Shown: in pieces, positions 11,459 through 20,989 of the stretch
Layout of the letters: the number at the start of each line of letters is the position of its first letter
Numbering within the stretch: position 1 is the stretch's first letter
Assembly: GCA_950097015.1 (NCBI GenBank)
Contig: CATNEN010000029.1
Span: 6,758,001-6,822,000, forward strand
DNA from: Macrostomum hystrix
Lineage: Eukaryota; Animalia; Platyhelminthes
DNA length: 64,000 nucleotides
Direction: 5' to 3'
Position numbers and translations under genes: made by a program
Notes under the pieces: generated by a model
What the model was told of the DNA's origin: nothing
What the model saw: the letters and a program-made list of their open reading frames with translations, nothing else
Database searches by the model: none

Positions 11459-11519
11459 CACCCAGGAGGGACTCGAACCCTCAACCTCCGGGCTAGAAGT
11501 ATCCGTTGCGCCACGAGGC
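11459..11519 (-). pseudogene. tRNA-Arg(UCU) pseudogene with 10-nt internal deletion
   Basis: Matches the consensus but lacks GCGCGTCGGA (3' D-stem strand through 5' anticodon-stem strand). Several substitutions; A/B boxes and a T6 terminator retained. Confidence 0.85.
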
Positions 11520-12132
11520 TGGCTACTCATCTACAGTGGCTGGGAGAAATGAACTCAATTTTTATGAAATCTGTTGCTTACACTTGTGGCAGCTCACTGC
11601 AAGTCACATGCAAAGCCTAGACTGAGTTTGCCAGGTCCAAGTTTTAGCGATCCGCTTAACTTCAGTAAACAACTACTTAACATTAGTCTATTACTTTTCA
11701 AGTGGCTGCGAATAGAGAAATGGTTGAGGGCAACTCTCACTCAACCCATTCTCGCACCCAAATGCTCATTGTTCTCTGTCGTTTCTCTTCTCCATGTTCA
11801 TCTCGTTCTCATGTATATTCTCTCATCTCTCCACTCTCTAGTTTCTCACCTGTCAACACTCTATTCTCTCATCACTCCAATCTCGATTCTCTCATCTCTC
11901 ATAAATAAAAATCTTAGCAAATATTAGCAACCTACTATAAGAAGTATTGTAGCTGCGAAAATGACCATAGCTACAGTCGTCAAGAAACTCAGTGCCAGGT
12001 GTGTCTGAGTCGTAAGATTCTTGAGCAGCTCAGCTGCTCCTGAGTTGGCGGCTTGGTAAGAACTCTGCACTTCGCTGAGTCTGCCCCAAGTTTGACAATT
12101 TTTTATATTCACTGCCACACAGGTTACCGCGA

Positions 12133-12205
12133 GCCCCAGTGGCGCAATGGATAGCGCGTCGGACTTCTAATCCGGAGGTTGAGGGTTCGAGTCCCTCCTG
12201 GGGTG
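12133..12205 (+). tRNA. tRNA-Arg(UCU) copy 6 (mirror of copy 4)
   Basis: 73-nt consensus; T5 downstream. Confidence 0.96.
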
Positions 12206-12291
12206 GCAAGGCAAATTTTTGCTAATCTAACAATCGATTCGTCCTTCAATGATGTCCTTTATCTTTCAAAGTTCTTTTTTACACTGCCTGA

Positions 12292-12557
12292 CCACTCTCT
12301 CTGTCCACTCTCTGTCCCACTCTCTCTGTCCCACTCTCTGTCCCACTCTCTCTGTCCCACTCTCTCTGTCCCACTCTCTGTCCCACTCTCTCTGTCCCAC
12401 TCTCTGTCCCACTCTCTCTGTCCCACTCTCTCTGTCCCACTCTCTCTGTCCCACTCTCTCTGTCCCACTCTCTGTCCCACTCTCTCTGTCCCACTCTCTC
12501 TGTCCCACTCTCTCTGTCCCACTCTCTCTGTCCCACTCTCTGTCCCACTCTCTCTGT
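12292..12557. repeat. 12/14-bp minisatellite, inverted copy (~20 units)
   Basis: tgtcccactctc(tc) repeated. Confidence 0.95.
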
Positions 12558-13160
12558 CTCTCACGAGGCACTGAGTAAATCTGTCATGTTTTTATTGTTC
12601 TAATTGTTGATAGTTAAACATTAGCAAATATGTTTTTAAATGCACTTTTGAGATTCGGTGGAAGCCGCAAGTCATGTTTAGGATGCTGTCTGGTGTGAAT
12701 AAGCGTTAGAAACAATGGGATTGGGAATCAGACCCATCAGTTGCGCAATGGCGGGCCTCTAGCCATGATTTTATTTCCTCAAAATGGACAATTTCGCTGT
12801 CCATGAGATATTGAGAAGTGTGCAACTGAACTCAGAGGACAATGTGATTGGGATTACAAACAGTCATTGTTCCGATTGCTCACACCTCTTCTAAGACTGA
12901 GTTTGCACCTCAAATAGCTACTCAATACAGCTCAAAATCTGTGACTCTAAAAGCGAGCATGCTGGCTTTGAATTGTAGCGATTCCACATCCCGAAATCAA
13001 AGGCAAAATCAGTGGTGATACATTAGATATCAGTAGATCATGTGTGCGTAGATGCGAGGACAATAGACTGTGTCAAATCTCAGTAATGTGATAATTGCGC
13101 AAAGATTTGATAAATGCGTGGAATCAAAAAAGTCCAAAGCTGTTCAAAATGAGCTCTTAA

Positions 13161-13233
13161 CACCCCAGGAGGGACTCGAACCCTCAACCTCCGGATTAGA
13201 AGTCCGACGCGCTATCCATTGCGCCACTGGGGC
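13161..13233 (-). tRNA. tRNA-Arg(UCU) copy 7 (mirror of copy 3)
   Basis: Reverse complement of the consensus; T4 downstream. Confidence 0.96.
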
Positions 13234-13429
13234 TGTCTGCTCAACTCCAGCTGCGGAACCAATTTCAGTTAACATTTGCCAGACATGTGCTGCTTCTGCT
13301 AAAATCTGCACACCTGCTGCTCAACTCTCGGCTGCTCACGAAACAGTGACAGGGAATTTAAAATACACGAGACAATTACCGGGAGTCGCATTGCATGTTA
13401 GCATTTCGAATTCTGAAATTTTAAATCAG

Positions 13430-14341
13430 TGAATCAGGAAAATAGGAGATCAGTGAGACATGAGAATGGGAGATCAGTGAGACATGAGAATGGGAGATCA
13501 GTGAGACATGAGAATGGGAGATCAGTGAGACATGAGACTGGGAGATCAGTGAGACATGAGAATGGGAGATCAGTAAGACATGAGAATGGGAGATCAGTGA
13601 GACATGAGAATGGGAGATCAGTGAGACATGAGACTGGGAGATCAGTGAGACATGAGAATGGGAGATCAGTGAGACATGAGACTGGGAGATCAGTGAGACA
13701 TGAGAATGGGAGATCAGTAAGACATGAGAATAGGAGATCAGTGAGACATGAGAATGGGAGATCAGTGAGACATGAGAATGGGAGATCAGTAAGACATGAG
13801 AATGGGTGATCAGTGAGACATGAGAATGGGAGATCAGTGAGACATGAGAATGGGAGATCAGTGAGACATGAGAATGGGAGATCAGTGAGACATGAGAATG
13901 GGTGATCAGTGAGACATGAGAATGGGAGATCAGTAAGACATGAGAATAGGAGATCAGTGAGACATGAGAATGGGAGATCAGTGAGACATGAGAATGGGAG
14001 ATCAGTAAGACATGAGAATGGGTGATCAGTGAGACATGAGAATGGGAGATCAGTGAGACATGAGAATGGGAGATCAGTGAGACATGAGAATGGGAGATCA
14101 GTAAGACATGAGAATGGGTGATCAGTGAGACATGAGAATGGGAGATCAGTGAGACATGAGAATGGGAGATCAGTGAGACATGAGAATGGGAGATCAGTGA
14201 GACATGAGAATGTGAGATCAGTGAGACATGAGAATGGGAGATCAGTGAGACATGAGAATGGGAGATCAGTGAGACATGAGAATAGGAGATCAGTGAGACA
14301 TGAGAATGGGAGATCAGTGAGACATGAGAATGGGAGATCAG
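13430..14341. repeat. 24-bp minisatellite, inverted array (~38 units)
   Basis: gatcagtgagacatgagaatggga repeated. Confidence 0.97.
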
Positions 14342-14575
14342 GATGCGGAGAGGATGGGGAATCGATGATTTATTTTCCTCACCTCGCAGTTTGTGCACTG
14401 GCTTAGCTTCAGTACAATGGGGCTATTGATCATTGGCCAGCTGTGAGTTCCTGAGCTCAGAGCTGCTCAGCTGTTGCTGTTGATCTGTCAATTTTTGCCG
14501 TTCTTAAACTGAAGCAAGTGCTGATTCAAGAATTTTATGATTCATTTTAGCACTTTCAAAGCCACTTGAATGTGA

Positions 14576-14648
14576 GCCCCAGTGGCGCAATGGATAGCGC
14601 GTCGGACTTCTAATCCGGAGGTTGAGGGTTCGAGTCCCTCCTGGGGTG
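14576..14648 (+). tRNA. tRNA-Arg(UCU) copy 8 (mirror of copy 2)
   Basis: 73-nt consensus; T4 downstream. Confidence 0.96.
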
Positions 14649-15472
14649 ATCGCCATATTTTGGCATTACTTTCAGTCAGCAATAAGAAGTTCAAAAACAA
14701 TGTTTGTGTTAAAACAAATTTAAATACATTTATATATTTTAAACATCATAGCCTTTGCTTGCTCAGCTGAGATTTACCCCTCATCATTTTAATTTGTCAC
14801 CCACACTTCTCTGTTCCTCTCCCTTTCTCCCCCTGCTCTCTATGACCCAACAGCCGTATGACCCCATTAAGCGCAATCTGGTGACTGTCATTGCATCACC
14901 ATGGCAACCTGGCTGAGTGAGGACAACTCCATTTTCCTCTTCCTTTGGATTCACCCAGGTGTGCCCAGCCCTGAGTCCAATTCGCTGTCCATCCATGAGT
15001 CAGTTATCAGACAGTCAGTTGCTACTCAGCAACAATGTCTGACCGCCAATTCGCAGTGAACTCAGCGGGTACTCAGCGTGTACTCCAGATGTTCTCAGCT
15101 GAGACCATGCGAGTCTGCAGCTTGACTCGCTTGCTAAACAGTTGTAAATTTCGGATTTCAAATCCATTTACAGGTGTGAACACCTTTGGCTGACCTACCT
15201 TGAATAGTTGCTAGGCAGATGATAACAATGGTTAGTTCTAACTGGAGAGGATGCCTCCCCTGAGCTCGTGAAACAGTCGACCAATGACTGATCTAGACCA
15301 TAGACTATTCGGCGTTTCCCGATGACGTCACAGCTGCTCTCCTATTGGCTGCAGATCTGTGGACCCAGGCTGAGCTGCAGCATAAAGCATGCGCAATTAG
15401 CGAATCGTCATCAAGTCTATCATCTATTCGACCGTTGAGTCTACAGTCTCATCCAGAGCCATCGCCTTCGCA

Positions 15473-15808
15473 ATGCAGCCCAGTCAGCATCCTCCGGCTT
15501 CATCAAGCTGCCAATCGATGGCTGCCCGTCTCCTGACAGTCCGGGCCGGCCATCCCGCCTGCGGCTTCTGCAGCCTGAAGTTCGTCTGCAGGCTGAGGGC
15601 TTTTCGGCATGCTTTGCAGCATATCACCGCGCCAATGTCTGCGCCACTGTCTGTGCCAATGTCTGCGCCAATGTCTGCGCCAATGTCTTGCGCCGAAGTG
15701 ACGGAGCCTGCGGCAGCTCGCTGCATTGAGACTGGCTGCTCACATGCAGCTGGCTGTTGTGAGACTGGCTGCCCACCTGCATGGCACTGTACGGTACTTA
15801 CCTGTTAA
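15473..15808 (+). pseudogene. Internally deleted paralogue of the ZnF gene (finger 1 only; chimeric 111-aa ORF)
   Basis: Identical N-terminal ~60 aa, then a junction at ~15689 to sequence matching 1388 downward, read in a new frame. Confidence 0.75.
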
Positions 15809-16140
15809 TAGCAGCCACGTGTTCCTTGCGTACCTTGCGTACCACGTGTTCCTAGCAGCCACGGTGATTTAATATTTTGCCAATGCAAGTTTTTTTGCTT
15901 TATTGCTCAAGCGGGAAAAGTTCAGTAAATACAGAATTACTTTGGCGATGTTCTTTGGCGATTTAGTTTAGTTTCAAAGCGTGAATTTTTCTTTGATGAT
16001 AATTTTTTTGTATATTGAAAATAGAAGCTTTAATTCCTGTATCGAATTTTCTGAAAAAAAAATGGTAACCATAAGATAAAAGATTCACACAAACACTCGC
16101 GCGCGCGCACACACGCACAGTCATTTAACAAATGGGCGAT

Positions 16141-16170
16141 GAGACTAGAACTTTCGACCTCCAGATTGAT
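16141..16170 (-). pseudogene. Short degenerate tRNA/SINE-head relic (T-arm and variable region)
   Basis: gagactagaactttcgacctccagatt matches the reverse-complement tRNA segment at 21 of 27 positions (manual alignment). Confidence 0.4.
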
Positions 16171-16514
16171 ACGCATAAAACTTATTACTTAGGATTAGTT
16201 TGTTATTCTTAAGTAAATTTTAAACTTTAGTTTTTGCTTTTAAACAAAATGTATTACTACTGTTAGTAATATTTTTCGTCATTTACAAATCATTATTGTG
16301 ACAGATCAAAGGCTTAAGTCCAAATGTACACATTAAAGCACGTCCATAAAAATAGGCATCGTTTGATACAATTTAACACGAAGAATGAATGTTAATTTGT
16401 AATTCAAATTTAGTCCATTTGAAGATAAGGCCACGCACAGATCGAGATTCAAATCTAACCCTTAAAAATATACGCGCGAGAGATAAGCTCAGATCAGGCA
16501 AAAAGTGCTTCTAA

Positions 16515-16587
16515 CACCCCAGGAGGGACTCGAACCCTCAACCTCCGGATTAGAAGTCCGACGCGCTATCCATTGCGCCACTGGGGC
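16515..16587 (-). tRNA. tRNA-Arg(UCU) copy 9
   Basis: Reverse complement of the consensus; T5 downstream; unique flanks. Confidence 0.96.
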
Positions 16588-18294
16588 TGCAAGAAATCCT
16601 ATAGTAAAATTAAATTTTGAATGGAAACTTTCATACATTTTGTCAGTATGAGCTTTAAGTGCGGTGCATTAACAGCAGTTAACTGTTAGGGTTGAAATCT
16701 TAAGAGAGTCACTTGACTAGGTGGCCTCGGAAGGTCGCGGAACTCAAAAGCCCAGCTGTTTCTTTACGCTAAAACCTAAAATTTCTTTGTGAAATCTGCA
16801 GTGGACAGAGTGAACGAGTGGCCACAGGCAGCATGGGAGAACCCAGCTGGCTCTATAATCCATTGTTTGCTGATCGAGTAGCTTTATTTCAGCAAGTCTG
16901 TTGAATATTATGGAACAGAGCGTTGCAACTAATGTGACTCTCAGTGAGACATGATAGTCAATGATGTCGAAGCTTTCGGCTCTGCTTATTTCATATGAAA
17001 ACGTAAGCGCGGCCATGCATTTTGCACTTGCACTTTCACTTGCACAGAGAGTTAAACCAAAAGACAGCATTGATCAACTCATGGTTGTTTTGTGATTTAT
17101 TGGTTAAATGTCACTATTTATTAGTAGATACGAATTTTTAAAGTTACTTGGCGGCCATGAAGTTGCCGATGTACCAATATAACGATTAGTTTATATAGAT
17201 AACTGTGAATTTGCGTCGAGCCGAATGATGACAAATATAATAAAATATCTCCATTAGAAAAGATCACTTGCATCAGATTTACACTTATATCAAATATTAA
17301 CAATTCACTTAATCTCATAAAATATAATCTTGACTTTTATTGCTACTGGTACACATAGCCGCAGTATGTTTGATATAATGACAAAAAGTATGTGTACGAT
17401 TTAAAATTGCTGGTTTCCAAGACATTTATGCACGCCACGTAGTCAAGCAGTTACAGCCTTACTTACAAAAATTAATCGCATAGGGCTGGTGGTTGTTTAT
17501 ATACTGTTGCTACTGTAAGCTAATTATATTTTTTGTTTTTTTCCTGGAACTTTCTCTGTTGTTATTCCAAAAATTTTATTTAAATGTTACGTTTTTGGCG
17601 TTTTTACTTTGTCCTTGTTCCTTGATACCTGAAACTTTATTATCTCGATAAAAATATTCAAGGTAAGATGGGCAAACGAGTGGAATTATTAGCTTTATAT
17701 TATTATAAGTTTATGCACATTTGTAATTTAGCTATATATTACTTTTTTTCTGAATTGTAGAATTTAATTTAAATTGCTTATGTATTTTTTAAAGCTTTGT
17801 AAAGTAAAAATAAATAATTTAACATATGCTGACTATATGTATACATGCTTCAATCTTTTCAAAATAAGCAATTATTTTATTTTTATTGTAAGATTCCAGT
17901 ATCCAAATACTATTTTTGCTAGTCTTTTTACTTGTTTTCAATCGTGTTTGCTGCATACATAATTAAAATGAATAAATGAGCAATTGTTTCATTGCTCTTA
18001 CTAGCTAATATTTTAGCATTTATACATTTATACTAAGCTTTGCTTTATTAAAGACTATCATTGAAACGGATATCAGTGATAAGTATCCGTTTAATAATAT
18101 TTTTTAAGTTTAGCATGCTTTCATAAATATGAAATGTTTTAGTATTTATTTTTGTACTGTAATTTAAAAAAATCTAATATAAAGCATTATATTTAGTAAA
18201 CTAATAACTGCCCTAGTATAGAATATTTTTTTTCGTAACTTATTTCTAACAAGACTGGAAAAATTGACAAAAATATACTTTGCAGGTTTATATT

Positions 18295-20444
18295 ATGCCT
18301 TTGTCAGCAAGGCTTATTCATTTCTGCATTCTACTTAGTGTGAGCCTGGTATACATCCACATTGCTCCATATAACAAAGTGGAAGAGAGTTTTAACTTGC
18401 AAGCAACACATGACATCCTTTACCATGGCTACAACTTGTCCGCTGTGAGTCCAAAATTATTTTAGTGTATCGTCTTATCCGTTTTATTTGTATTTCTGTT
18501 TAAATATTAAGGTTAATTATGTGATTCCCACCTGTCTAGTACGACCACAAGGAATTTCCTGGCCCAGTGCCGCGCACTTTTCTGGGCCCGTTGGTACTGG
18601 CGATTGCAGCCTCTCCTCTGAGACTGCTGCTGCCGCGGGCTGCTGCTTCAACTTCCTGGCGCTATTGAAGATCTAGACGACGCTGTCGGGCATAGTCGTC
18701 TGCCGATGATGTTCATTGTTCGAGCTATCCTAGCTGGTGCAGTGGCCTGGTCTCTTGCTGACTTCGCCCAATCATTGGGCCCCGGCGTGGCACCCTGGTT
18801 TGTTGCCATCACTGCTAGCCAGTTCCACTTGATGTTCTACGCTTCGCGTACGCTGCCGAATACATTTGCGCTGGTGCTGGCGCTGCCAGCGATGCGAGCT
18901 CTGCTGTTGGACGACGACTGGCGACGGTGCGTCTGGTGGGCCGGACCCGCTGGTCTGATCTTTCGCAGCGAGCTAAGCCTGCTGTTTGGGCCGCCAGTTC
19001 TGCGCCTGCTGGTCTACAGCCGGCTGCGCATCCGCGAGGCTCTACTGGCTGCTGTGCCTGTGGCCGTCGGATGCGCTGGTGAGATGCGGAGACAGTGTTT
19101 GGGCCCGAAGGTTCAGCAATGACGATTGTCTTCAGTGGCTCCAGGGGTTGCGATATTATTATGAAGTTTCAGGGGCTAACGATATTATCCTGAAGGTTCA
19201 GGGCCAACAATATTCTCATGAAGGTTCAGGGGTAACGATATTATCCTGACGGTTCAGGGGTGACGATATTATCCTGAAGTCTCAGGGGAGTGGATATAAT
19301 CCTGAAGTTCAGATGATAACTGCTTTGTCTTCAGGGTTCTCTGCAGTTCTCTGCTAATCTTGTCTGAAGTCAGTTAGTCATCGCAAATTTCCTTCATATT
19401 TCAAATTCAGCGCTGACTGTCGCTGTCGACTCCGTGTTCTGGGGCCGGCTGGTCTGGCCAGAGCTGTCAGTGCTGATTTTCAATACCTGGCAGAACAAAA
19501 GCTCGCTCTGGGGCACGCAGCCGTTTCTCTGGTACTTCTATTCTGCCCTGCCTCGGTGCTTACTATTTTCGGCGCCGTTGGCGCTAGTTGGCGCCAAAGT
19601 GGCGCCGCGCGCACGACCGCTACTGGCTACGGCGGGCACATTTGTTCTGGCCTATTCATGCCTGCCACACAAGGAGCTGCGCTTTGTACTTTACTCCGTG
19701 CCCCTGTTCAATGCGTCGGCGGCCTACGCCTGCGCTGCTATTTTTAGACGTAGTAAGGATTCCCCAAGCGGAGATTCCTTTGGTGAATCCATTGGCGAAT
19801 CCCACTGGGATTCTCCAGCGGAATCCCATTCAGAAGCACCGATTGAATCCGCGAAGCGTCGTCGTCAAAAGCCGCCAACCGGAGGGGAATCTCGAGAACC
19901 CGAAGCCGCTGCCAGTCGCCGACGCTGGGTAGAATCGCCGCTCCTAAGCGTCGTCCAACTCGCCTGCGTCGGCCATCTGTTGGCCAACGCCGGCGCCGCC
20001 AGCCTATTTGCAGCCGCTGCCTCCTGGAATTATCCCGGCGGAGAGGCAGTCCGCCTCCTGCACACCTACCTGCACTCATCCGCATCGGTGCACGTGCACC
20101 TGTGCAACCTGGCCGCGCAAACCGGAGCCTCCAGATTTCTTCAATTGCACGACGCTTGGATTTATAACAAAACCGAAGGCCTCGACCAGCTTCTGGACTA
20201 TCGGCCATTCAGTCACGTGATCGCTGAGCCAGATTTCGCCGACTCAATCGGTCTGTCTCGCGCCTGTCGCACCATTGGCGCAGTGTCCGTGTTTGACGGC
20301 TTCCAGCTGATCGACGGACTGTCCGGACTGCTTCGGCCGGGCGGCGAGGGCGGCGACTTGCCTGGTGGCGGCCTATTCGCTTGGCATCATCGGCTGCTGC
20401 GGCTGCGCACCGCCCTGCTGCTGCTGGAGAAGCCGACTGCCTGA
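18295..20444 (+). CDS. ALG12: Dol-P-Man alpha-1,6-mannosyltransferase. Exons 18295-18444, 18540-19078, 19411-20444; apparent +1 frameshift near 18637
   Basis: Family motifs [87 protein letters not shown]; GT-AG sites in compatible phases. Confidence 0.95.
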
Positions 20445-20989
20445 GCCCCTGCGACTTGACCTCGGTTTCATTATGGAATTCCTCTCTTTTGGGTGTTTAG
20501 GCTAGTTTTATTCGCGAGACAAGTCTCCCCTCGCGACTCCCTCTCACCTCCCTCTAAACTCCCTCAAAATTCTACGTTATTTGTATGCTTATGTTACCTG
20601 TATGCTGACACTGCAAAATTGCTTATGTATGTTATTTATTATGCAATTCTCTTATGCAATTCAGTTAAATAACTGCAAAAGATAGTTAATTATACCGAAT
20701 AAATTGCATAAAAGTGCAGCTTCTTCTAACTTTGTGGTTAATTGTCGTACCATTAAAACTGTATCAGCAGAAAAAACGAAAATTATTTTAAAAGAACTTT
20801 CCATTTAGCAGGAATAAGTGCTTTTTAGCATATAGTTCTACTGGTTTTGAGTAGTATTTCACGCAAGCCTAACTGATATTTTATATTTGACGTTTCTACA
20901 AAATGATGATTTCTGAATCAATGACTTCAAAGAATTCAGATTTTCTGATAGTCGGGAAATTTGGTAAATAAATGAGTTCTACGATTCGA

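Larger units (their letters stand above)
11905..15781. repeat. Right arm of the inverted duplication
   Basis: Reverse complement of ~735-6790 with shorter satellites and an ~840-bp deletion in the ZnF gene. Confidence 0.92.

Noticed and set aside
26-14770. Recurrent small ORFs MAQWIARRTSNPEV / MRVRVPPGV / PGGTRTLNLRIRSP
   Set aside because: They are reading frames across the tRNA genes and repeat only because the tRNA repeats.
16744-17070. 108-aa minus-strand ORF between the tRNA cluster and ALG12
   Set aside because: No recognisable motif or supporting splice structure; AT-rich context.
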